Shown: piece by piece, positions 49,215 to 59,846 of the stretch | Position numbering within the stretch: position 1 is the first letter of the stretch | How the letters are laid out: each line of letters opens with the position of its first letter | From: Diplonema japonicum | Lineage: Eukaryota > Protista > Euglenozoa: Diplonemea | DNA: 64,000 bases | Assembly (NCBI GenBank): GCA_964019335.1 | Contig: OZ025662.1 | Coordinates: 682,001 to 746,000 of the forward strand | Direction: 5' to 3' | Program-made: the position numbers and the translations under genes | The notes under the pieces: model-generated | Database searches by the model: none | What the model was told of the DNA's origin: nothing | Seen by the model: the letters and a program-made list of their open reading frames with translations, nothing else

Positions 49215-52200
49215 ATTTTCTAAACCATTCAATACTTTAACAACACCGATGCACCTCTCTTTGGTAGCAATGGGGATCTTGTGCAAGGTGATTCCCCCCC
49301 CCCTTTTTTTTCACTCTTTCATCGCAGGGTTACCCACTTTTTTTTCCTTTTTTTTTTGGTGTCAGATCCTGCGGAATCTTGTAGTTGTTCACCCAACAAA
49401 TTAATTTAAAAAAAAAAAAGAAAAAAAGAAGAAAAAAAGAAGATGATCTTAGGTGAAACATTGCTCCCCCTTTTTTAAGCAATTCACCTTTTTTGTTTTT
49501 TTTTTTTTTTGTTTTTGTTTCTCTACCACCTTGGTCAATCTGTACTTATTCCCACCGCTACCCCGAAGGGAAAAAAGAAAAAAAAAAAAGAAAAGAAAAA
49601 AAGAAAGAGACGGACATAGTACATACATTTTTTTTTTTTGAAAGTGGTCACCAGCTGTTGTGACAAAAAAAGATTTTTTTTTCCCCCTCTTCCTTTAGAC
49701 AGGGCGATCACTGAAAAGAAAAGAAAAAAAAAAAAGAATACATTTAAAAAATTTGATATCATACCCCACACCAATCAAGAAAGTTGTTTATTTGCCTCCC
49801 TTACCACAACCAGTGCTATCATTCATTTCTCCTCTGCAAACGCATTTCATAGGCGGAATTATTCTATAAAAGGTCACCCCCCCCTTTTTTTTCAGCACCC
49901 GCACTGAGCGCGTACCCAAAAGTGGTAGCAATGAATTATAAAAAAAAGAAAAAACGGAAGGAGGATGAAAATGGGCGGGGAAAAAAATAATATAAATGCA
50001 GTTGGATAAATCTCTCTCCCCCCCCCCCCCAAGAAAGAAAGAAAAAAAGAAGAATGTGCAACAATATTATTTTTTCCCCCCCTCCAACTTTTTGTTAAAT
50101 TCTGGTTTAAAGAAAAGGTTGAGTGCAAGGTTCCCCTCCCCCCCCCCTTTTTTTTGTTTTAACAAAACAAGAACTTGCCAAGATTTTTCTTTTTTTTTTG
50201 TTTGAAGAATTTCTTGTTGATTGCAAAATGATCTTAGGTAGGTTTTCATTCTCTCTCTCCCCATTTTTTTTGCCCTCCCCCCCCCCCTTCCTACGCCCCT
50301 CCCCCCTATGTTCACGTTAAAATAGATAAAATCGCGATAAGAAAAAAAAGAAGAACTATTGATTTCTTTCCACCCCCTTGTTTGCCCCCCCCCCCCCCTC
50401 CCCCCACCACCAACCAAAAAATAAAAAAGTTTTTTTTTTCGCACATCAATCAACCCATACCTTTTTTTAAAAAAAGTTTTTTATAAAAGATTTTTTTTTA
50501 GCCCTCCTCTATTCATACATTTACATGCTGTACACGATGTCAGTCAGGGAGAAGTTAAAAAAGATTTTTATTTAAAAAAAAAAAGAAGAAAAAGAAAAAA
50601 AAAAGAAAATGCGGGAGAAAAGGAAAAAAGTCATATACAAAATAAAAAAAAACCTTCTACGAAAAGAAATTCAGTTTTTTAATCAGCGATTTTGAATCTT
50701 AAAATAAATTTTTTTTAACACGAACTGCGGGCGCTTATCCTTCTATTCTCCTCGGCACACTGCTTACAGACGACTGACTACACGTAGTTTCTTGCAACGA
50801 AAAAAAAAAAATAATAATAATAAGAGAAAGAAAAGAAAAGGTCTGTCTGCGTGGCGTGCTTCCCCCCATCCCTCCCTCCATAGCTCCTCTCTTTCCAAGA
50901 AAAAGAAGAGATTTAAAAAAAAAAAAAAAAAAAGAAAAAGGAAGAAGAAATATGAGTTCACTCCTGTCTACACCGTTTCAATAATGAAAAATACGATTTG
51001 TTTTTTTTTTTTATTTTATTGTCACACTCATAGTGAAACAAGCATAAAGACTGGTTGGAAGGTACCCTAGGATGCGGCACAGGGGGCAAAGTAAGTTTCC
51101 CTGAGGAGCAGGCACTACGTCCTGACAGTACTACAACAAGCTCACATTCTTGAGCATTTTCGTTTATGATTGCATGAAATTTTTAAAACAAAAAAAAAAA
51201 AAAAAAAAAAAGAATTAAAAAATTGTTGAAACACCATTGTTGGCGAGACTCATTTTTTTTTTTTTTTTTTTTTTTTTGGCCCTTCTTTTTTTTTTTTTTA
51301 TTATTGTTCTTCCCTCAACATCTTCTTTAGGCATTTCAAAACAAGCAAAAGAGAGAAATAGGAGACATACATTTTTTTTTTTTTTTTTTTTTTTTTCCAT
51401 AAAAGAGAGAGAAAAAAAAAAAAGGAAAAAAGATTGTGGCAACCCACGGCCCTGCTGCATGTAGAACAATGGCCACTCTCCCTTTTTTTCTTCTCCCCAC
51501 CTCTTCAAATCCCCACTCACTTCACTTTGCATCTTTTGCCTTCAAAGGATAGAGGGAGCAGGGGGAGCTAAGCAGTGATTTGTCTAAACAAAAGAATAAG
51601 GGTTGCTGCGATAACCTCCCGAAAAGTGATATCATTTTGTTTTATTTTATTTTCCTTCCCTTCCTCCCCTTCCCCTACCAAAGAAGACGCGGTCTGTGTT
51701 TTAAAAACTATGAATTTTAGAAAGTTCATTTTCTTCTTTTCCTTTTTATCCCCACCCCCCTCAAGATATGGACTGGCCTTCCCTTCCTTTTGGCTGCTTC
51801 AGATAACTCCTATTTGTTTTTGGGAAGATGATCAACAAATCTGAGACCTTTTTTTTTTTGAACATATTGACAATTAAAGAAAATGTTATTTGGTAGAGTC
51901 CTCAAACTTCTAGGTCCCTGCGAAGCCTCTGATGAATTTCTGTGGTGTTTTTTTTTTTTTTTTTATTCTATCTGTCTGTGACTCTTGATGACTTTTGGTC
52001 AATTAGAAATTTTAAAAAAAAAAGAATAATAATAATAAAAAGAGTTGGTCCCCTCGTTCTCATTACACAAAAAAAAAGATAAAGTTTTTTTTTTTTTCAT
52101 TTTGCACCTTAAGTTGTAACCGGCTGCACACAAAAAAAAAGGGGGGGGGGGAGGGATGAAACAAAGAAAGAACGAGTAATCTCTTTTTATTAGGTAAGAT

Positions 52201-52631
52201 TCGCAACCTGTTGTCCCCCCCCTCCCCCCTCCCCGAAACAAGGATTTATTTGCCTTTTTTTTTGACTTTTTGCCTCCTTCCCCAACATCAGGAATGTGCT
52301 CCTCATCACGAGTTTGTTTCAATGTAATCTCAAACATACATGTGAGGATGAAAAAGAAAGAAGGGGGGGGGGGGAGAAATGAAAACACAACTTAAGAAAC
52401 ATCCTGCTGAATAGGGGGGGGCATTCCAGGGAGAGCACCCTCTTCTCCCTCCCCAATGCAAGGAATCAAAAATAACAGAGAAGCGGAAAAGAGAAAAACA
52501 AAAAGAAATCTTCTTCTCTATTTTCTTTTCTGCTACTGCTCCCCCCCCCCCACTAAAATTCCGGATCTATTTTTGCTCTCAGTTTTCCCCTCCACGTCTT
52601 TTACATGATGCGATTTCTTTTCCCTTTCATT

Positions 52632-52664
<33 letters not shown>

Positions 52665-53343
52665 CATAGACCTCTGACTCCCTCTTTTTTCTTTTTGTAG
52701 AGAGGGCAGCAACAACAAAGAGCAGCGGTATGGGGGAGGGGGAGGAGGTTGCACAGTGATGTAGTTGCTGCTTCTTGCACTTTCTCTCCCTCCATTATAA
52801 TGAAAGAAAAATGTGAAATTAAAAAAAAAAAAAAAAGATTAACTATTTTATTTAGTGAATATAAGATCTCCTGTGATTTCACGCGAGTGTAATAACATTT
52901 AACGAGTCAAAATTGCCACCACAAGTGACATCATCAAACTTTATATTCACATTACGTTGCTTTATATAACGACAGCAGAATTTGAGTGTGTAGGGGTGGC
53001 GGTGGTACAAATTACAACCAAGCCGTCCGGGTTCATTAGCTACAGAATAAAATCCTCTTTTTTCGGGCAGGTGGAAGGGGGCGAACCCAGCTGCGGCCGC
53101 CTCTTGTGCAGTCGGCTTGTCGCCCATCCCAAAGGAACCTTTGTAGGTATTTTAGGAGGGTTTTGCTGAAATTAGGCCCGTGAAAATAAAGTCAGGAATG
53201 AAATTGAGAATAAAAGTGAATTTCTGATTTTCACTTTCCACACACGAAAGTTTTGCTGAAGTTAGATAAAAGAAAATTAAAAAAAAAAAAAAAAAACGAA
53301 ATAATAATAATGGTCCCTTCCTTTTTCTTTCGTATTTTGTCGC

Positions 53344-53379
<36 letters not shown>

Positions 53380-54893
53380 CCAAAAAGATTTTTTTTTTCT
53401 CTGAATTTTTACTACGGTGAGCACCCACCCGCACACCAAAATTTATCAAATGTGTAGTTTGGGAAGCAGTGAGGCCTGGGTGGGCCCTCTGTTTTCCGAG
53501 AATAAGAATTGGGGGAAAAGAAAAAAAAAAAAAAAAAAAAAAGAAAAGAGAAGAAATTCATGTCACCTTCCAAAATATATTTTTCTACTTTTCCAACTCA
53601 ACTCAACTCAACTCAATTTAACTTAACTCTTCGTGCTTTTATTTATTTATTTTTTTTCTCTTTTTTTCCCTCTGATTTTCTTTTCAGTGGCCACTTGCTC
53701 CCTTTCTTTTTTTCCGTTTTAAAGAAAAAAATGAAGGAAAAAAGTAAAAAGAAAAAAAAGGGTTGCACTAAATGTAAAAATTGTTTGAGAAAAATAGACA
53801 GTATATCAAAAGGATCCATGAAAACGGCGAAATGTCAAAAAATGTAACCTTTCCTACTTATTGGTGAATCTTGATGCAGAAAGGACAGCTATACTAAAAC
53901 AAAGAAAAAGAAGAAGTTTTGTGATACGGGAAAAAGGAAGGTTAAAACACAAAAAGAAGAAATAAAGGAGGGTCTCCTTGTCTTTTCTTTTTTTTTTTCT
54001 TCAACCCCCTTCTCCTGTTCTATCTCTCGTGGTTCTCGTGGTTATATTTTGAGTGCTAGTTCTTATTTTCTCTCCCCCACCCCCTTCTAATTCCCATCAA
54101 ATTTATAAAATGGGATCAAAGACAAAAAAGAAAAGAAAAAAAAAAAAGCACAAAAAAAAGGAAAGTTTTTTCTTAAACTATTTTTTTTTATTCCCCCACA
54201 CCCCTTTGTTTCATTTCTATTTTTTTTGATTTTTTTTTTTCCCTTGTTTTTTTTTCGTTTTTTTTTTTGTTTTTTTTTATTCCCTCTGGAAAAAGAAGAA
54301 AATTAATAATTGTTCTTTTCCCCCCCAAAAAAAAACCCCATTATCGGGGCATAAGACTTTGCCTTGATGAAACACTGTCTCCTCTGATTTGAGGGGGAAA
54401 AAAAGAAAGTGAATTAAAGGAGGGTTTCTCAAATAACCTCCTTTTTGTGAAAGATGTTTTTTTTTCGAAGATGTTTTTTTTTTTGTAAAGATTAACAGAG
54501 TAAAAAAGACAATTTAAAAAAAAGGAAACTGTTCAGAACTAGCAGTAAAACAAAATGCTATAGATAGTTTTTTTTTTCTTTTTTTTATTGGTTCAAAAAA
54601 AAGGGGGAAAACAAAAGGGAACTACTATTTCTTTTTAATCAAATACAAAAATATGGTGATCAACTGTATTCTTTATGCCGAGTAAGGATTTACAACTGCA
54701 GGTTTTACCTTTGCGTTTTCCCCCTTTGCTCGAGCGAAAAACGAAAACTACCAGTTTTACCATAATATTTTGGACAGGCCCTGCGACTCACTTTTGAGTC
54801 CCTGTCCGGATATATATTTATATATATTATTTATCATGTTAAACAGTCCAAAAGAAAAAAAAGAAAAAAAAAAAAAAGAAGAATTTATTATTT

Positions 54894-54952
54894 GGTGCAG
54901 GTAGTGCATGAGAACAAGGGGGCGTCTCACAAAGACTTCCTTTAACTCATAT
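54894..54952 (+). repeat. 3'-end relic of the LINE (family A), interrupted at its ATAT end by a MITE
   Basis: GGTGCAGGTAG..ATGAGAACAAGGGGGCGTCTCACAAAGACTTCCTTTAACTCATAT matches 3902-3960. Confidence 0.85.
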
Positions 54953-55657
54953 GAGCTCGTCCGGAAGAAAATGTCAACAAATGACCCTCCTATGCGGCGG
55001 AAAACCCCCGTTAAATTTCTAAGTAGAAATCCGACACCACTTTGTGTGCAGAAATGCAGTCTAAGCTTGATCAAAATGCTCGCCGCTTTGTTTTATTTTT
55101 AAAACGCGCGTGCAAAAACATGTTTTTTAGAATGGTTTTTGGCAAACGATTCAATTTGGAAGTTACAAATAACCCGGACTCCATTTTTTATTATTGGGGG
55201 ACCAATGTTTCCAACCTCCCTGTGGTGGTTCCTGGTAATTGTGGTTTGGAGAAACACAAGCGAAAGGGAAACTCTCGTTCTAAAGCCGTACACGTGGGGA
55301 AACCTGGACGGGGGTGGAGAGCCCACCCTACGCGTGGCGCCAGTTAGCATCGCCCTCAACGGAGAGTCCCTTATCCCATTACATCGAACAAGGAGGTGGC
55401 TTCACCAGTTCAGGCAAGTAGCCTCCCCGCGGCATCGTGCCAGTGAAGCAAGCCTCCCACAACTCTCTCCCAGGGGTCACAAGTGCGCTTGATCACCAAT
55501 TGTATGCACCCTAGATGCTGCATTTTAAGCAATAAAATTGCATTTTAAACATTTTTCGCCGTTTTTCTGACCTCTATTTTTCGCTTCCCGGGGGCAGCCG
55601 GTTGCAAAGCCTGCCACCCTCATGGCAAAGTGTTGACATTTTCGTCCGGACGAGCTC
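54953..55657. mobile_element. Non-autonomous DNA transposon (MITE, 705 bp) with 27-bp TIRs
   Basis: Left end GAGCTCGTCCGGAAGAAAATGTCAACA and right end TGTTGACATTTTCGTCCGGACGAGCTC (1 mismatch), with ATAT on both flanks. Confidence 0.88.
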
Positions 55658-56715
55658 ATATATTATTTCTTATATTTTTAATTTTCTTCCTTAACTTGCC
55701 TCCCATGTTTAACCCTTTCTCCAAAAGACATCTCCCCTAATAAAAAAAAAAAAAAAAAAAAAAAAAAACAACAACTTGTTTTTTCCCCCTCTCTCTTCCT
55801 CTGGCAAACCTCTCTTGAGACCCGCTCTCTGTTGTTTTTTATTTTCTCTTTTTTTTTTTATTTTATTTTATTTTTTATTTTGTCATCAAGGCTAATGTGG
55901 TAAAGCTCGATTTCTTTTTTTTTTCATTGTTGGCAAAAGGTGTGTGGGGTATATAATGGGTTCTTTCTTAATCCATTTCTTTTTTTTTTCTTTCGTTTTT
56001 TACTTTATTTTAATCATTGCCTAGTACTGCACATCAACGAGTGTCATAGAATTCCCCAGAGCAACGTGAGTGATGGAGTACTTTGATTTCCGTTTCCTTT
56101 TTTTCCTTTGAAAAATCACACAAAGAAATAAAAAAATAAAAAATAAAAAATATATACATGAGCCCCTTTCAGAGGGTACTAACATGGCCTTGTTGCAAAA
56201 AAAGAAAAAAGAAAATAATAAATAAATTAAAAAAAAGGAAAAATAAAAATAAAATAACCTTCCAGCTATTCCCCCTTTCTTGCTAAGGTTTTCAATACGC
56301 AATTTCAAAAACATCTTATGCAGCAACTTACTTAAGCAGGCTCATATAAAAAAAAGAAAACAAACAATTCATATAGCAAGAGAACGGGCCGCCACACACC
56401 CCTCCCCCTTCCTTTCTTTTTAAACAGCACTTCAAGTTCCTGAATGTGAAAATGCCCGGAAAAGACAAGACACTTCTTTTCCTCCCTTTTTTTTAAGCCA
56501 TTGGAGATTGGGGGTGGGGGGGGGGGGGGGGGGGAGGAGGATGTCTTTTTTTCCCTTTTTTTTTCCAAAATGAAGTGCTGTTTTCTCTACCTTTCTCTTT
56601 TTTATTTATTTTTTTTCTTCCTTATTTTTCTTTTCTTTCTTTCCTTTTTTTTTTCACTTTGTTTCAAACCAAATACCACCACCACCCCCGCCCCCCCCCT
56701 CCCCTCAGGAGCACA

Positions 56716-57726
56716 ATGGAATCTGTTGTGAATGTCACTATTGTATTAAACAACAAGAAGCGCAAGTCGGTGGTGACAACAGCCCACCCCACTGAGTCCA
56801 TAGAGACTGTGGTAGAGAGAGCAGTAGCAGAGGGGCTGCAGGAGGTTCACAACGCGGTGACGACAACAACCCTTGACGAGGGCATCACAGGCACTGCAGG
56901 GACACACAGATGCGTTGAAGCGAAAGTCACACGCCAGCTCCACCACGACAAGATTGAAAGATCTCTTGTGATGAAGATGTTCGCACGCGAGAACGAGCTG
57001 CGCACCTGCAAGGAGACACAGGATGCTTACTCGGCACATGAAACACCCTTCAACAGCGGTGTGACAGAGCAGCTCCAAAGGGACCTTCTGTGGGAGTATG
57101 ACATCCCCGCCAACGACGAGGCCCTTGATGTCTGGCAGACGCAGAGGTGGTACCACCGTGACGACCCAGAGGTGCAGGCCATCCCATTGTACATCAAGTA
57201 CGACATCTCACGTGAGGGGGACCTCCGTGTCGGCGATGCGATGGTCGATGCACACCTTGTCTCGTGCAAAGGGGCTGACACTGTGCTGAGCTCCTTCATG
57301 AAGGACAACAGACCCCTTATTGTTCTTGGGGGTTCCTACTCTTGACCCCCCTTCAGGGTGTGGGCGTCCTTCTGGAACGAGCTGTACCAGAAGTGGGCCC
57401 CGCTCGCGGACTTTCTTCACGTTTACATTTATGAAGCCCATGCATCCGACCAGTGGCCCTTGGGGAACAGGGTCTCATTCATCCAGCACCCCACACAGGA
57501 GTACAGGATACAGTGCGCGGAGCAGTGCCGGAAGGACCTGCAGGTGGCCATGCCCACCGTCACGGACCGCATCGACAACGACTTCAACAACAAGTACGCC
57601 TCGTGGCCTGAGCGCTTTTACATCTTCTTGAACAAGAAGATCGAATACATTGCGTACCCTAAAGAAGCCTGCTACGACCCGAATGAGATCAGCGACTGGC
57701 TGACTGCGTGGCACGCAAAGCAGTGA
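56716..57726 (+). CDS. Iodothyronine deiodinase-like selenoprotein (336 aa; Sec UGA at 57343-57345)
   Basis: ORFs 56575-57345 and 57358-57726 are in the same frame. Read-through gives RPLIVLGGSYS-U-PPFR (cf. DIO RPLVLNFGSCTUPPF), then FLHVYIYEAHASDQW and YASWPERFYI. A SECIS-like stem follows the stop. Confidence 0.9.
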
Positions 57727-57733
57727 CCGGAAG

Positions 57734-57841
57734 GTGCCTTGCACGGTGCTTGTGACGGCCACGTCTAGGGCGCACCTTTCTTAACCAACTGAAATGATCG
57801 GTGCGGACAACTCTCGACGACGGCCTGATGCACCAAGGCAC
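57734..57841 (+). promoter_or_regulatory. SECIS-like element in the 3' UTR
   Basis: Helix GTGCCTT/AAGGCAC plus GGTGC/GCACC, then the non-Watson-Crick core GTGAC (57752-56) / TGAT (57826-29). Above it are GGCC/GGCC, CGTC/GACG, AGGG/CTCT and CGCACC/GGTGCG. Confidence 0.75.
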
Positions 57842-57861
57842 TCCCCAGCTTGCTGCATTGT

Positions 57862-57903
57862 CCCTATCCCTATCCCTATCCCTAGCCTTAGCCTTAGCCC
57901 TAG
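57862..57903 (+). repeat. Degenerate telomere-like hexamer array
   Basis: (CCCTAT)3 CCCTAG (CCTTAG)2 CCCTAG. Confidence 0.6.
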
Positions 57904-58027
57904 TTAACCTGATTGCTTCTTAACGTTTCTCTATATTCCATTATTACATTACTGCTTTCTTTCTGTCAATGCGCCCCCACCCTCGTAGCGTCCGCATCAA
58001 AACTCTTCCCTCCACTAGACCCAGGCA

Positions 58028-59800
58028 ATGATGAGCGGACGTTCATCGCGTACGGAAACCAGCTGGGGGATGGGCATCATGCCGCTTATGATGAGCAAGG
58101 CAAAGCGCCTTGAGGAGGGCAGTGTGTGTGGGTCCTGTAGCGAGGTGCAGATGAATGTGGAGGTCATGAATCTCAGCAGCTACTCAACTATGGCAAATGA
58201 GAAGCGGCGGGGGCAGCAGGAGATCTTATATCCCCACGCACCATGCGCCCAGCGCCTGCACCCCACTGGGCGGCACAATGGGGATGCACACAATGCGACA
58301 AACGACGAGATCGCACGCAGTATTCGGAACATAAAAGACATGTGCTACACGCTGCGGGGGAAGCAGGTGGCGTCACCCACCCTGACACAAGAAGACTCGT
58401 TCTTCCCCTCGATACGTACCACAAGCACCGCTGCAAAGGGGCGTGGGTGTGAGTCGATGAAGAAGGTTGTTGAGAAACCCGTTGTGGCTACCATGCTGGT
58501 GAAGCAGAAGTTAGAGTACCTCCGCAGCTTAGACGCAGAAGAGTTCCTAGAACACTGCAAGACCACAAATGAGATAAAACAAACCACCCAGCCCCCCCCG
58601 GAAGGGAGCAATTTCGTGGCACTAAACAAGAAGAACCTACGCAGGCAGTATCCTTCCGTAGCGCACAGCATGGAGCAGCAAGCAAAAGTAAAACAAAAAC
58701 ATACGAAGATCATTGCACAGAAATACAGAGAAGGGAAGCGGCTTGCAGGCATGATTGCCACGAACCAGCTGCATGCGCGGAAGATGCGTGCAGCAACATG
58801 GCGCAGGGTGGTATCGTTTGTGTGCTTCACACGTGTGATCTACATCACGTTGACTGCATTGCGCTACATCGAAGTCTGCAAGGTGGGGCACATGTGCAAC
58901 GACGTGTTCTCAGTCAAGGAGGCGATGTCAATGGTCAAGAGGCAGATGACAAATAAGAACCACAAAAACGTGAAAGAGGCAGCCGACGCTGAGCTGACAC
59001 TGATGATCTTTAAAACCATCACTCCCAGCATTCTCGAGAGCCTGCGGCGGGGCATACGGCGCGCGAAGATTCGGTGCATGTCAACAAGGGTGGAGTTGGT
59101 GAAGTCCTTTCTCCTCTCTTACAGAGAGAGGAGCGTGTTTAAATGCGGGATACTAATTCTCCGAAGGCGTTTGATGACATGCCAGAAGGTTGCCAGGAAG
59201 TGGCACCGGATGTTCCGGAATAGGCTGAGGCTGTGGGGCATGCAGGTAGCAAGGATAGCTACGCAGATTTGTATGATAGAGCACGCAACAAACACAAATG
59301 TGGCAAACTTCAAGATGGCCGTGCAATTATCAAACATCAAGAAAGACAAAGATAAAGAAAGTTTGTATTTCCTCCCTGTGAGTGTTCCACTTGGCCGTTT
59401 CAAGCCACGGCTACCATCAGAGGCCTTGCTGACCCTGCTTAAAACACGCTACAAAATGGAAAGGTACACGTTTGACATGGCATGGGAAGATTGGTCTGCA
59501 GCGGACGGAGTCGGCAAGTGCCCGCTATTTCCTGTGTTACTGCCGGTGAAGGCTGCCGTAGAGGTGTACCTTGATCTAAAGGGCATCATTGAAAATGAAG
59601 CTAGGGAAAAAGCAGCCGCCTTTGAAAGGAAATTGCAGACAGCAACTTACGTTGTAGCCGCGTCCCTTGGCACCGTCGCCTTTGTCAACGTTGCCATTGA
59701 CCCTTTCAGCGCTGCTGCCATATTCTTACAATCCAGCGCGTCCAGCTACTTTGACCTTCCGGTCACCAGCAGGATGACACCGCCTCCTGCACTGTCCTGA
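58028..59800 (+). CDS. Hypothetical basic protein (~590 aa; may hide in-frame introns)
   Basis: Long ORF with coding-like composition; no motif recognised. Confidence 0.65.
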   Translation: MMSGRSSRTETSWGMGIMPLMMSKAKRLEEGSVCGSCSEVQMNVEVMNLSSYSTMANEKRRGQQEILYPHAPCAQRLHPTGRHNGDAHNATNDEIARSIRNIKDMCYTLRGKQVASPTLTQEDSFFPSIRTTSTAAKGRGCESMKKVVEKPVVATMLVKQKLEYLRSLDAEEFLEHCKTTNEIKQTTQPPPEGSNFVALNKKNLRRQYPSVAHSMEQQAKVKQKHTKIIAQKYREGKRLAGMIATNQLHARKMRAATWRRVVSFVCFTRVIYITLTALRYIEVCKVGHMCNDVFSVKEAMSMVKRQMTNKNHKNVKEAADAELTLMIFKTITPSILESLRRGIRRAKIRCMSTRVELVKSFLLSYRERSVFKCGILILRRRLMTCQKVARKWHRMFRNRLRLWGMQVARIATQICMIEHATNTNVANFKMAVQLSNIKKDKDKESLYFLPVSVPLGRFKPRLPSEALLTLLKTRYKMERYTFDMAWEDWSAADGVGKCPLFPVLLPVKAAVEVYLDLKGIIENEAREKAAAFERKLQTATYVVAASLGTVAFVNVAIDPFSAAAIFLQSSASSYFDLPVTSRMTPPPALS

Positions 59801-59846
59801 GTTATTAAATTTTCTTGTTTTGCTCAATATATTCACAACAGAGAAA

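Noticed and set aside
51099-51135. CTGAGGA followed by a CAGG/CCTG stem, resembling a hammerhead core
   Set aside because: The required GAAA after stem II is absent.
55421-55445. GCC-TCCCCGC-GGC, resembling the P3/L3 of an HDV-like ribozyme inside the MITE
   Set aside because: No matching P1 or P1.1 partner strands could be found.
44433-56700. Many short poly-Phe/poly-Lys ORFs on both strands
   Set aside because: Artefacts of A/T homopolymer runs, with no coding-like composition or motifs.
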